From positions 1,656-65,655 of IMG/VR virus record IMGVR_UViG_3300033076_000277: 64,000 nucleotides of DNA. The stretch is one strand, 5' to 3'. The notes beneath the pieces were generated by a model. It saw only the letters and a list, made by a program, of their open reading frames with translations, searched no databases and was not told the origin of the DNA. Positions 36,383 to 46,279 of this stretch are shown piece after piece (position 1 is the stretch's first letter; each line of letters opens with the position of its first letter). The position numbers and the translations under genes were made by a program. The DNA comes from a virus. Lineage: Duplodnaviria; Caudoviricetes.

Positions 36383-36411
36383 ATTCTACAACTTAGTCTC
36401 GAACAGGTCCA
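36383..36411 (-). promoter_or_regulatory. candidate sigma70 promoter for giant protein
   Basis: TGGACC-17-TAGAAT. Confidence 0.45.
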
Positions 36412-38081
36412 GTGGGCTTGCTCATCGGAGTAAGAAACGCACCTTGCAGCTTTTGACGAATCAGCGCAGCTTGTGCTTTACCTTCAGGACCAGAGTTTTC
36501 AAGCATTTTGAGTGCAATCTCGCCTTGAGGACCTGCGTACTTGGCAAGAATAGCTTGCTCGCCTTTGGCTTCGGGGCCCATCACGTCGGCATACACGCCA
36601 AGACCTTTCTTGATGTTGCCATCACCAAGAGCGCCAAACAATTGCATTTGAGCGCTGGGGGCTGTAACTTGCAGGTTTGCACGAGCGTTAGCGCCTGACT
36701 GTTGAATCATTTCGCGTGCAAGGTTGGTAGCACCTTCGCCTTTTTTACCCATGATGCCAAGAACCGCATCGGTGGCGTGCTGGTCGACCTTAGACAAACG
36801 CTCGGCGGCTTGGGCTTCGTAGTCCTGCTGGCTCTTAAAGTCGCCGCGAGCCTCTGAACGACGTGCATTCTCGATGTCGGCCATGGCTTTGTTGCGCTCT
36901 TTGGCCGCTTTCTTGAATTCCTTCAAGGACTCTGTGTACTCGCCAAGGCCCATCATGGCACCTTTGGCAATGTTTGTGGCAGCGTTGGGTGACTCGCCTG
37001 CGGCCATGCCCAAGAAACCTTTCATGAGCGCCATCAAACCAGACTTCTCTTTGTCGGTGGCGTCTTGCAGTTCTTCGGACTTGAGCAATTTCTCGTAGCC
37101 AGCAAACGCAGGACCCTGCTCTTTGTTGAACGCCTCCATCTTGGCTGCGCGCGCTTCGGCCTGATTCGTGATGTCTTGGCGCTGTTGCAGGCGTTGCTGG
37201 TCAACCATCTGCTCCATTTTCTTGGTGTCATACAACTCGTCGCTCATCTTCTTGACTTGCGAAAGCGATGGCAAACCTGTAGACAAAGTAGCTTGAGGTG
37301 CAGGCGCGGCACTGGGAGTTGGAGCAGGCGCGGCTTTATCTGCCGCTTTAAATCGGGCAGCTTTCTCGGCAGCCATGGCTGCTTCGTCTGGGTTCACAAC
37401 ACTCTTGGGTGCAGCTACCTGCGGCTGGCCAGATTTCTTTGACATCTCGGTTTGATAGAACATCTGCTCTTCAGCAGTAGCCGTGCCCTGCGCAATCTTT
37501 TGTTCGATTGCGGCAAGCTGTCGTTCTTTGTTACCCGCGCCAAGACTCTCGTAAATACGTTGCAACAATGGCGTGTTCTCAGGTGCGCCTTGTTGAGTAA
37601 ACTGGTCGCGTGGCGTAACAGCTTGAAAGCCGGGGATGTCGCCAGTCAAGCTGCCAGTCAATCCGTTGTAACGGGGAACCGCTCCGCCGTCCGCCATGCG
37701 CAATACAGGTTCGCTGCGCTGAGCAAAGTCAAACATCGAGCCACCCATGGCCAAACCGGGATCTTCGTTAGCATCATCACCGTAGCCCGCGATACCACCG
37801 TCAGCCATGTGCTGAATGTTGGGCGCTGCCAATTGGCCAATACCTTGGTTCTCAGGAAGCTGTTGTGGAGCCATGGCTGCGATGTCTTGATCTACAACCT
37901 TGGGCATAGGCTGGCCGCCAGCTTGCGCCTGTGCAGCCATGCGGAGCTTTTTGCGCTGATTACTTTCAGAGACAGCCAAAGCCAAAATGTAAGGGTCGCC
38001 CTTGTGCATCGCAGCGTACTGCTGCAACTGCTGGTCTGGCATGCCACGCAGGGTGGAGGTGATTTCGTTTACATCAATCAT
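36393..38081 (-). CDS. internal virion/ejection protein
   Basis: 562 aa, A/Q-rich helical, MADGG motifs; position in ejection cluster. Confidence 0.75.
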   Translation of the reverse strand: MIDVNEITSTLRGMPDQQLQQYAAMHKGDPYILALAVSESNQRKKLRMAAQAQAGGQPMPKVVDQDIAAMAPQQLPENQGIGQLAAPNIQHMADGGIAGYGDDANEDPGLAMGGSMFDFAQRSEPVLRMADGGAVPRYNGLTGSLTGDIPGFQAVTPRDQFTQQGAPENTPLLQRIYESLGAGNKERQLAAIEQKIAQGTATAEEQMFYQTEMSKKSGQPQVAAPKSVVNPDEAAMAAEKAARFKAADKAAPAPTPSAAPAPQATLSTGLPSLSQVKKMSDELYDTKKMEQMVDQQRLQQRQDITNQAEARAAKMEAFNKEQGPAFAGYEKLLKSEELQDATDKEKSGLMALMKGFLGMAAGESPNAATNIAKGAMMGLGEYTESLKEFKKAAKERNKAMADIENARRSEARGDFKSQQDYEAQAAERLSKVDQHATDAVLGIMGKKGEGATNLAREMIQQSGANARANLQVTAPSAQMQLFGALGDGNIKKGLGVYADVMGPEAKGEQAILAKYAGPQGEIALKMLENSGPEGKAQAALIRQKLQGAFLTPMSKPTGPVRD

Positions 38082-38086
38082 GTTCT

Positions 38087-39097
38087 TCAGCCCATGTTAT
38101 AGACAGCCAAGTCCGCCAGTCCTGCTGGACGCTCTTCCAAATCTTTTGTGGCTCCGCCTTTAGCTCCAAACAACTTAGCACCAGTCAACGCAGCGCCGCC
38201 CAGACCTGCAACCTGCGACACCATGGAAGGAGGCGTAGCGTACAAAGAAGAAGACTGCTGAGTCAAAGGTAAACCGCGGAGCATGTCGGACATGAAGCCT
38301 AACTGCTTGTATGGGTAGTTCTGAGCATTCAAATAGTCTTGGTACTGCGTGTTCAACACGTTCTGAACTTGCTGTTGCTGCTGACCGCCCAACTGATTTT
38401 GAAGGTTGAGCAAACCAACGTTCTGGCCGTACTGTGTTTGGCCGATGTTTGCCAAGTTGCTGGCCGCTTGGTTGGCTGTCTGCAAGCCCTGCAAGCCTAG
38501 ACCTGCGCCAAACTGTTGCTGCTGAGCGTTCAGTTGGTTCTGGGTGTTGTACTGCTGCATGGCCTGCTGGTAGGCGTTTTGCAAACCTTGAGCCTGAATG
38601 TCGCCTTTCTGACGGGCCAAATTGCCTGCGGCTTGCGCACGCATAAGATAGTCACCGCTACCACCAAACGCACCTGAACGCGCAGCCTGCGCACCCTGTG
38701 CTTGACGGGCAATGTCCGCTTGACGCTGCGCATCTTGTTGCTGGCGCTCCACCACATTCTGCATGTAGGGAGACATTAACGCTTGGGCATCTGCCGCAGT
38801 GAAATTAGCTGGGCGGAATGTGTATTGTGTATTAAGGGCACCCAAACCAGACATACCTGCCAAAGCAGTGGCATCGCCCAACTGAGGGGCTGTTTGCATC
38901 AACGCCGCGTTCTGGTATGACTGCTGTTGCAAAGGAGTGAACTGCGCCACACGGTCGCCCATGTACTGCATGTAGGGGTTTTGATTGATGTCCGTCAAAC
39001 CTTGGGCGTTGCCCAGCAGTTCCTCAACGTACGGCTTAGCGTAGTCAGGGATTGTGGTTTGCGTTTGTTGGATTTGTTGCAATACTGGATCAGCCAT
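38087..39097 (-). CDS. Q/A/G-rich DNA transfer (pilot-like) protein
   Basis: SPYMQNVV...QAARSGAFGGS pattern of podovirus ejection proteins. Confidence 0.75.
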   Translation of the reverse strand: MADPVLQQIQQTQTTIPDYAKPYVEELLGNAQGLTDINQNPYMQYMGDRVAQFTPLQQQSYQNAALMQTAPQLGDATALAGMSGLGALNTQYTFRPANFTAADAQALMSPYMQNVVERQQQDAQRQADIARQAQGAQAARSGAFGGSGDYLMRAQAAGNLARQKGDIQAQGLQNAYQQAMQQYNTQNQLNAQQQQFGAGLGLQGLQTANQAASNLANIGQTQYGQNVGLLNLQNQLGGQQQQQVQNVLNTQYQDYLNAQNYPYKQLGFMSDMLRGLPLTQQSSSLYATPPSMVSQVAGLGGAALTGAKLFGAKGGATKDLEERPAGLADLAVYNMG

Positions 39098-39107
39098 GAT
39101 CTATTCC

Positions 39108-41471
39108 TTACGCGGGAAGATATTTGTCAGCGCGGGTGTTGGCCGCTACTTTGTTTTTGCCTGTGGTCTTGCCGCGTGCTTTTTGTACACGGTCCATCAT
39201 GGCGTAAAGTTTCTTTGCGCCTGCCTCTGTTGAGCCATTACCCAATTCGGACACGATACGAGCAGGGACTACAAACTCACCATCAGCAAGGCGTGCGGGT
39301 TGTTTGTTAGCGCCAATCGTTGCAGGGATGCTGTCAGACACGCCATCACCGGGGCCCTTAAGAAGACGGCCACCATCAGAGTAGCTACCCAAAGAACCAA
39401 GGCCGCCACCCATGGCGTAACCTGCCATACCGCCTTCGGCTTTAGCCACAACGGGAGCGCCAGAAACATCGTATGCGTCGCCGCCAGAGGTGTGGTAATT
39501 GCCGTCGGATCCCAAGACAGCTTCTTCACTTTCACCACGGTTATTTGTGATGTATATACTCTTGGCCGCCAGTGTGCCGCTGGGTGTTGTGGTAGTACCG
39601 CCTTTTGTACTGCTTGAGGAAATTGTGCCGTCGGCGTTCTGAGTCAGGAACTTGGGCTTGTATTTCACGCCAGCAGACCAGTATGGGCGCTGAATGCCTG
39701 TAGCTGTAGACGCTGCTTGACTTTGCACAGGATAGGCGTTGTTGTTTGCACCTTTGCCCATGAGGTAGTTGTAGGCAGCCAGTGAGTCGCCGGTCTGTTT
39801 GTTAAACATCTGGTCAAACTCCGCCATGGTTCTTGGCGCAGGGGCTGTATAGCCCAAGCTGCCGCCACCGGCCGTGTATGCGTCACGAACTTGGCCCATA
39901 CCTGTGAAACCCCCAGCAGGACGACCGGGGATGTTCGGCACAACCGTGACTGTGCCGTCTTTATTTGTAATGATGTCGCCGGGAGTTGTCGTCAAGGGGT
40001 TGCCGGTATCATTCCCGTAGTAACCCATAGGGGTGACGGTGGTCGCCTTCTTAATATCGGGGAACAACTCCGCAACAGTCTTACCCGTCGCACGCAAAAC
40101 ATCGGCTTCGTTTAAACCATACTTGTTCATTTCAGCCAGCGCGTTTGCGCGAGCATCAGCGCCTGTCAATCCAGCTTTGCGAATGGTGTCGATACCGTAG
40201 TTGATGTTGCTACTCAAACCTTTAAGGCCGCCGTAGTCCTCGGCTGTGTTCTGAGGCATACCAATGTCTGCATGTGTCAGCGCGTACTGAGCGGCGGCGG
40301 ACAAACCGGAATTTTGCAAAGCTGTGGCCAACGGTTGAGTTAACCCCACGCCTGCTTGTTGAGCCCCTGTAATAAACTGCTGCGCAGTCTCGGTGGGAAT
40401 TGCTGCGGACTTTACGTAGTCTGCCGCCACCTTGTTGTAGTCAGGCGGCGTAGCTGCTGCGGCTTGTTGTTGCCAGTTGTACTGATTCAGCGCGTTGTTC
40501 TGTGCGTCACGTGCGGCAGCGGCAGCTTCCCAGCTACCTGTCTTTTGAAACAACTGCTCGTCCGTCAACATAGTAGGAGGGCCGCCAGCAGCCAAGGCCA
40601 CGATACCGCCACCAGCCATACCGGGAGAACGGGGCTGAAGCGTTGCCATCTCACCAGTCTGTGGGTTTGTGTAAGCGTCAGAGAAGCTACGGCCGCCCCA
40701 CTCGCTGGCCTTAACAGGTGTCAAGGATTTGTAAGTTTGTGTGTACGGATCGTAAAGTTTTTGGCGAATGTAGGCAGGGTTTGTGTCTGCCTTGGGCATC
40801 TTGGTGGTTGTTGGAACCATAGCGCCTGCCATGATTGGAGCAGCGGCGGCTGCAATACTTCCAAGGTTTTGTTTGGCAAACTCCATAGGAGCTTCTTTGA
40901 TTGCGCCCAAACCGGCGGAAAACTTGTCTGCGCCAGACATGGTGGCGGGGTTTGCATTGCTTTTCAAAAAATCATTAAAAGCTTGGCCTGAAGAACCTTC
41001 GGCCGCAGCCACATCCCCTGCAATTTGAGCGCCTGTACCAGCAGAAGAACCTGCTAAAGCTTCATTCAATCCCGCGCCTGCACCCGCATTCGCAATACCT
41101 TCAGCCAATCCAGCACCGCCATAAGCCCCCAGCCCGGCCATGAGACCGCGAGACAAACTGCCGGTAGCCAAAGTTGTGATGCCGCCTGTCAACAAACCCG
41201 CTGTTGCTGCGCTAGACAAACCGCCAACCGTCAACCCCATACCTGCGGGGCCAAGGAACGCGCCAAGGGCTACAGGAGCCACCATCTTGAAAAAGTCGGA
41301 CAGAAGACCTGCTTCGGGTAAACCCGTATGCGGATTGATGGTCAGCGTCGTGCCATTAGCCTCGGCAAACTGCTGGAGTTTGCGGACTTCGTCCGGCGTC
41401 ATGTGTACGAGTAATGAATCTTCACCGCGACCGTGCGCGGCTACCTGTTCGGCAAACTTATGCAGGCTCAT
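39108..41471 (-). CDS. internal virion protein
   Basis: N-terminal GRGEDSLLVHM...TINPHTGLPEA; hydrophobic Gly-rich segment; C-terminal GPGDGVSDSIPA...LADGEFV. Confidence 0.75.
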   Translation of the reverse strand: MSLHKFAEQVAAHGRGEDSLLVHMTPDEVRKLQQFAEANGTTLTINPHTGLPEAGLLSDFFKMVAPVALGAFLGPAGMGLTVGGLSSAATAGLLTGGITTLATGSLSRGLMAGLGAYGGAGLAEGIANAGAGAGLNEALAGSSAGTGAQIAGDVAAAEGSSGQAFNDFLKSNANPATMSGADKFSAGLGAIKEAPMEFAKQNLGSIAAAAAPIMAGAMVPTTTKMPKADTNPAYIRQKLYDPYTQTYKSLTPVKASEWGGRSFSDAYTNPQTGEMATLQPRSPGMAGGGIVALAAGGPPTMLTDEQLFQKTGSWEAAAAARDAQNNALNQYNWQQQAAAATPPDYNKVAADYVKSAAIPTETAQQFITGAQQAGVGLTQPLATALQNSGLSAAAQYALTHADIGMPQNTAEDYGGLKGLSSNINYGIDTIRKAGLTGADARANALAEMNKYGLNEADVLRATGKTVAELFPDIKKATTVTPMGYYGNDTGNPLTTTPGDIITNKDGTVTVVPNIPGRPAGGFTGMGQVRDAYTAGGGSLGYTAPAPRTMAEFDQMFNKQTGDSLAAYNYLMGKGANNNAYPVQSQAASTATGIQRPYWSAGVKYKPKFLTQNADGTISSSSTKGGTTTTPSGTLAAKSIYITNNRGESEEAVLGSDGNYHTSGGDAYDVSGAPVVAKAEGGMAGYAMGGGLGSLGSYSDGGRLLKGPGDGVSDSIPATIGANKQPARLADGEFVVPARIVSELGNGSTEAGAKKLYAMMDRVQKARGKTTGKNKVAANTRADKYLPA

Positions 41472-41498
41472 TTTTGCCTCTCAAAATGGGGTTGTTTG

Positions 41499-41527
41499 AT
41501 AATATCATGTTGGTAGCGCGGAGACAA
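41499..41527 (-). promoter_or_regulatory. sigma70 promoter for ejection-protein operon
   Basis: TTGTCT-17-TATTAT with TG extension. Confidence 0.75.
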
Positions 41528-42200
41528 ACGTTATTGACCCGATTACTGATGGAGTTGCAGGGTACACCATAGGGCTTGTCTGAGCTGCACGGAAGTAAAT
41601 GTATGTACCTGTTGCGCCCCCTGATGTAGCCGCTTGATCGGTGCCCCACCACAAGCCAACAGAATCTCCCGCGTTCAGGGTAAACACAACTTCTGAGTAT
41701 CCACAAACGTAGCTTGGAACGCCTGCACTTTTGCGGGCAGGGATGGTAAAAATGGTTGACGAGTTTGGCACATCATTAGCCGAAGTGGAGGAAGCGCCAT
41801 CTACACGCAACCAAACAATTGCATCATGGGCAGCATTGTCGTTATTGGCAAACTGAATGCTGTACGTAATCTTGTAGATGCCCGATGCCTGTGCAGTGGC
41901 AGTGCTGTTTGAATTAAGCGTAAATGCGCTACCTGCATCTAAGTTAGTCCACTGAATCAGGGTTGGCGTGTTTGCCGCCGTTGCGTATTGAATAGCGCCA
42001 TCAGAAGCTGCAATGTGCGGAAAGCCCAGATACCTACCACCGTTTGGCGAAAACAACTCCCCCAACACATTCTTAAGCTGGTTGAAGTACAGACGCAAAA
42101 CGTTGGCGAACTGATCTTGGTAACGACGCTCGTACTCAGGCGTACCCAACGGCAGATTGGGCGTAGAGGGGTTAATCAGGCGGTTTAGATTTGCCATCAA
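41505..42200 (-). CDS. virion protein with C1q/BclA-like beta-sandwich C-terminus
   Basis: GIYKITYSIQF...L.AGD.V.L pattern. Confidence 0.65.
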   Translation of the reverse strand: MMANLNRLINPSTPNLPLGTPEYERRYQDQFANVLRLYFNQLKNVLGELFSPNGGRYLGFPHIAASDGAIQYATAANTPTLIQWTNLDAGSAFTLNSNSTATAQASGIYKITYSIQFANNDNAAHDAIVWLRVDGASSTSANDVPNSSTIFTIPARKSAGVPSYVCGYSEVVFTLNAGDSVGLWWGTDQAATSGGATGTYIYFRAAQTSPMVYPATPSVIGSITFVSALPT

Positions 42201-44290
42201 CGTCTACCGTCAGGACGGATATCTATACGCGGAGCACCCAACTGCCAAGTCGTGTTGATTTGGTTTGAGCTGATTTTAAAAATCATTTGGCGGCCACGGA
42301 AGCGTGTAAAGATTTGCCCCGTAAACTCTTCTGTGATGTTGTACGTGGAGCTACTACGAACAGGCTGCGAGGCATCGCTGGTAACACCCGAGCCAGAGTT
42401 GGCAAGGCCATACAACTCCATGGTGACTTTTGCCGCATCTCCATTTGGAGCGGCTGTTGCGTTTTCAAAAGTCAAGTCAGGCAAGATGCGCCATACGAAA
42501 CCGAAGTTGTGGCCGTCGCCAATGTCAAATTCAGAAGACGCAATGTATGCATTGATGGCCGCACTAGTACCTGTCGTGTTGTCATTGATGCCCTGCTCAT
42601 GGTTAATGAGGTTGCCTGTGGCAGTGCTGCTGTTGTAGTTGGCAGCAATTGGGTAGGGCAGTAAACCAGAATCCAGCCACGCTGTGCGGTTCATCGTGCC
42701 GTAGTACCAGACTTTTTCAAGGTAGTTGTAGATGACATACTTGTTAATTGTCGAACTGTTGGCCGAACAATAGAACCACCACACTTCATTGAAGCCTTCG
42801 CTTGTGCCACAGAAAACTTGAAGCGCTTGCTCTTGGTTAATGTCTTGGAACACGTAGCGGCGCAGGTCGCAGTTAAGCGTTTGCACACGGCCATCGTACA
42901 TGTAGAACTTGTCAACACCCATCCAGTACACCACGCCAGAAGCAATGATGGCAGCGTTGGGGCTCATGATAGAGATGTTGTCACCCAGCAACTGAGGTGC
43001 CCAAACATAGGGGGGCCCGAGGTACTGCAAAGAATAAATGCTGGAATCCGTAAGTACTACAACCTCTTGACGAGTTTGCACTGTTGTGACAATAGATGAA
43101 CCGTGAGAAAGGCGAGTAAACCCCGCTTGGTTGGTTGCGTCAGGTGTCCAGTTGTAAGGATCGTCTTGGCCAGACCAGCGAATCAACATGGGGTCCAGCG
43201 TGCTGGAACCGTAGTCATTGCAACCAAAAGCAATCAGGAATCTTGAGGAGTCTGATACCACCAAATTGTTCTGTACTGTCGGCACATCCACAATTAAAGA
43301 TACCGACCCGGTACCTGTAGAAGTTGTTGAGACTTCTGTACCAGAGTTGTTAAGCAAATTGAACGTCAAGCCGTTGGCGTTGAACACATAGTACGTTGTG
43401 GCCGCAGACACGCCTGCTGGCAAGGAGCCGCCAGAGAATTGAAGCGCAGCGCCTTCAGTGTACTGGATGGTTGAAGTCACCACAGTTGGCACACCCGTTA
43501 CTGAGCTGTTGGTGAACGATACCGTGCCACCAAGACTGTTTAGTAGAACACCGCGAGTGTTTACGCCGCTTGTTGCACTCCAGTAATAGATGCCACCACC
43601 GCGTGGGCCGTACACAAGGTCTTGGCCGTAGTTTGTCTGGTTCCACAAACGCAACGCGATTGTTGACGTGCCGCCGTTACCCCATGTCGTACCAGTTTGT
43701 CCCCAAGCACCAGCGCCCCAGCCAAGAAGCGGGACAGGGAAAGCCGGACCTGCACTGACCTGATATGCCGCAGACACGGCTGAGCCGCCGTAAGAACCCG
43801 CCGTGAGTGCTGAGCCTACTGTGATTGTGAAAGATGTTGAGCCTACAGTTTGGATTTGAAACTGCGCATTAAAAGTCGAGGCGTATGTGCCTGTAGCGCC
43901 AGAGAACGTAACAAACGTTCCCGCAGTCAAACCAGTTGTTGTAGCCGTAACGGTAACTGTGGTTGTACCGTTTGCGGTGAATGGATCGGTTCCAAGAGTG
44001 ACTGTCGATGCAATAGGCGTGATGTCGTAGTACGCACCGCCCTGCTCAATGTAGAACTTAACGTTAGTCCCAACACCCACATAATTAGCGCCAGCAAGCG
44101 ATGTCCAGTTCCAAAGGGAACGGCAAACGCCATAATACGAAGCGCCAGATACAGGTTCCCAACCGCCAATTACTTCTGGGTTGCCTTGACGGAAACGGAT
44201 TTTGTCGCACTCGTACCAACCGCCTTCGGTGGTGTACCTTGTGTTCTCCCGGTTGACGCCCGGCTTAAATAGAATTTTCTGTAATGGCAT
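42197..44290 (-). CDS. P22 gp10-like packaged-DNA stabilisation / tail tube protein
   Basis: 697 aa; PGVNRE..., LIRWS.Q, beta-propeller-like composition; two Thr/Gly-rich inserts. Confidence 0.75.
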   Translation of the reverse strand: MPLQKILFKPGVNRENTRYTTEGGWYECDKIRFRQGNPEVIGGWEPVSGASYYGVCRSLWNWTSLAGANYVGVGTNVKFYIEQGGAYYDITPIASTVTLGTDPFTANGTTTVTVTATTTGLTAGTFVTFSGATGTYASTFNAQFQIQTVGSTSFTITVGSALTAGSYGGSAVSAAYQVSAGPAFPVPLLGWGAGAWGQTGTTWGNGGTSTIALRLWNQTNYGQDLVYGPRGGGIYYWSATSGVNTRGVLLNSLGGTVSFTNSSVTGVPTVVTSTIQYTEGAALQFSGGSLPAGVSAATTYYVFNANGLTFNLLNNSGTEVSTTSTGTGSVSLIVDVPTVQNNLVVSDSSRFLIAFGCNDYGSSTLDPMLIRWSGQDDPYNWTPDATNQAGFTRLSHGSSIVTTVQTRQEVVVLTDSSIYSLQYLGPPYVWAPQLLGDNISIMSPNAAIIASGVVYWMGVDKFYMYDGRVQTLNCDLRRYVFQDINQEQALQVFCGTSEGFNEVWWFYCSANSSTINKYVIYNYLEKVWYYGTMNRTAWLDSGLLPYPIAANYNSSTATGNLINHEQGINDNTTGTSAAINAYIASSEFDIGDGHNFGFVWRILPDLTFENATAAPNGDAAKVTMELYGLANSGSGVTSDASQPVRSSSTYNITEEFTGQIFTRFRGRQMIFKISSNQINTTWQLGAPRIDIRPDGRR

Positions 44291-44293
44291 CGG

Positions 44294-44737
44294 TCAATCC
44301 AGTAAGGCGCACTCAGCAGTGCGGCGTTTCAGTAGCCCCGGCAAAACCTTGCCGCCACCTTTGGTCCAGAGCATGAGCTGTTCCTTGGCCCCTTCCCAAT
44401 CATTGGCGTTGATTTTCCTCTTTAACGTGCTTGTTTGCAAGCGTCCTACACCTAAATTGTAGGCAAAGTCAACGATGGCATTGCACTTACGTTCGTTGGT
44501 AATCAGGCCGGGGCAGTTACGCAGGACTCCGGGCAGGTACGTGTGTTGGAGTTCAACCATCAAAAGCGCCCTAGCCGTGGGTTCGTCCATCGGCGGGTCT
44601 TCCAAAGTCACCTTCCGGCCATCTGCGTAGTAGGTAGAGCCGTAACCAATCGTGGCAACCCCAGCCGGACACAAGTACGGCTTGGATTTAAAGCCCTCAA
44701 ACTGACGGCACAGGGCAGAGGCCAACTCTAGGTTCAT
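44294..44737 (-). CDS. GH24 lysozyme (endolysin)
   Basis: E14-x8-C23-x5-T29 triad (FEGFKSKPYLCPAGVATIGYG), FAYNLGVG, GLLKRR..E. Confidence 0.93.
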   Translation of the reverse strand: MNLELASALCRQFEGFKSKPYLCPAGVATIGYGSTYYADGRKVTLEDPPMDEPTARALLMVELQHTYLPGVLRNCPGLITNERKCNAIVDFAYNLGVGRLQTSTLKRKINANDWEGAKEQLMLWTKGGGKVLPGLLKRRTAECALLD

Positions 44738-45228
44738 AGGCCACGTTGCTTGAGAGTTCTATCGAGGAACCAATAGTTGATTGTCCCAGACAGCAGGGCT
44801 GAAAAGTCAGGAGTCATCATGGTTTTAAACACTTCAACTGCTGGCGCACCAGCAAGCCATGCGTTCCATGCAAACCAAACGTGGATAAACGACCAGACAA
44901 ACAGCACCCAATATGTGACCACGGGGCGCACGGAAGCTGACAGACTAGCCACCCAACCGCCTGCGGCTTTGACCATTTCGGCCTGTTGTTGGATTGCGGA
45001 GTTAAACGCATCCATGACCCCAACGTCCACGGCGGCCTCGCGCTGGGCATCGATCTCGGCTAACTTCTGTTGGCCGCGAAGCGTCTCAAGCTCACACTGA
45101 CGGGCAAACATAGCAAGTTCATGCTCACGCTCATTCTTTTTGTCAAAGAACTTCAGAACTTCAGGGGCAAGGCGGAACAGACCGCCAAAGATGGAGCCAA
45201 GCAAACCGCCAGATAGGACTTCAAACAT
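44734..45228 (-). CDS. putative holin-like membrane protein
   Basis: Hydrophobic N-terminus, ASVRPVVTY plus two C-terminal TM segments; adjacent to lysozyme. Confidence 0.6.
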   Translation of the reverse strand: MFEVLSGGLLGSIFGGLFRLAPEVLKFFDKKNEREHELAMFARQCELETLRGQQKLAEIDAQREAAVDVGVMDAFNSAIQQQAEMVKAAGGWVASLSASVRPVVTYWVLFVWSFIHVWFAWNAWLAGAPAVEVFKTMMTPDFSALLSGTINYWFLDRTLKQRGL

Positions 45229-45230
45229 GG

Positions 45231-45644
45231 TTACTCCCTTGCTGCGCTAACTTTATCCGCGCCTTTGGTAACGGTCACTTTGTCGCCTACTACGTCTACG
45301 CGCATGGGTTGCTCTTCGCGGTCAAGGCGGTCAAGCTTGTCAATCAAGTGTTTGATAACTTCAAACTCAGGCTTCTCTTGTTTGGGGTTTGCGCCGGCGA
45401 TGCCGTTGAGCATAGAGATCAGGGCGGTAAGCGCAGCGCCAAGCAAGCCCATTACGGCAGCAATTTTTGACTCTTCAAGGAACAGGCTGGACACAACACC
45501 AATAACTACAATGGCTGTGATGTACGCAAGGCCATGCTTACCAATAGCTTTACCGGCAACTTCTTTGGCGGTGCTGTCGGCTTCCAAACGGTTCAGTTCC
45601 GCTTGGGCTTGTGCTTTAAACAGTTTTAATTCTTGAGCATCCAT
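45231..45644 (-). CDS. two-TM membrane protein (lysis-associated?)
   Basis: Start set to MDAQEL; two hydrophobic helices. Confidence 0.6.
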   Translation of the reverse strand: MDAQELKLFKAQAQAELNRLEADSTAKEVAGKAIGKHGLAYITAIVVIGVVSSLFLEESKIAAVMGLLGAALTALISMLNGIAGANPKQEKPEFEVIKHLIDKLDRLDREEQPMRVDVVGDKVTVTKGADKVSAARE

Positions 45645-45645
45645 G

Positions 45646-45738
45646 TTACCCCCACATCCAAATAAATATGAACGTACCCCCGATAATAAATGCGAGGATT
45701 GCCGCTGCAAGTATAAAAGCTTCGGCCCAGTCTGTCAT
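45646..45738 (-). CDS. 30-aa single-TM peptide (MTDWAEAFILAAAILAFIIGGTFIFIWMWG)
   Basis: Not in ORF track; exactly fills the gap between neighbouring genes. Confidence 0.6.
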   Translation of the reverse strand: MTDWAEAFILAAAILAFIIGGTFIFIWMWG

Positions 45739-45739
45739 G

Positions 45740-46270
45740 TCACGACATCTCAGCGTTAAAAGCAATCACGATCTTTGACTCATCACCCAAGTGTGGTTTT
45801 GAACAGTGCTTCAAATAACTTGGTATTGTGATAATGTCCCCCTCATGAACTTCAAGTTCCGTTTCAACCCCCGAAATATTTAACGTGGTTTTCATTGAAC
45901 CTTCTGGCAAAGATAAGTAGTACACATTAGTAAGCATTGCGCCGGGATGCGTATGCCAAGGCTGGTAATCGCCTTTTCGGTATTCTTGGTACCAGTATTT
46001 AGAAATTTCCCATCCATTCAATCCAAGTTTTCTTGCAACTTCATTCAGATGCAAGCTAACGTCCGGGAAAAAAATTGACCAGTATTTTGGGCCAACTAAA
46101 TTAAAAAACATTGGCGAAATATGGTAATCCGTATTTGTAACGCTTATATTATTGTCGCGAATGGAAAACTCCATGCCAGATTTAATAATCCGAATGAGCT
46201 CTTGCTTTATTTCTGCATGCCTCGCAACTGGCTTTATAAATACAGGGGCATCAATATTGTGTACTTGCAT
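45740..46270 (-). CDS. 2OG-Fe(II) oxygenase (TIGR02466-like)
   Basis: WHTHPGAMLTNVYYL...IPSYLKH...KIVIAFN. Confidence 0.8.
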   Translation of the reverse strand: MQVHNIDAPVFIKPVARHAEIKQELIRIIKSGMEFSIRDNNISVTNTDYHISPMFFNLVGPKYWSIFFPDVSLHLNEVARKLGLNGWEISKYWYQEYRKGDYQPWHTHPGAMLTNVYYLSLPEGSMKTTLNISGVETELEVHEGDIITIPSYLKHCSKPHLGDESKIVIAFNAEMS

Positions 46271-46279
46271 ATTATTTCT

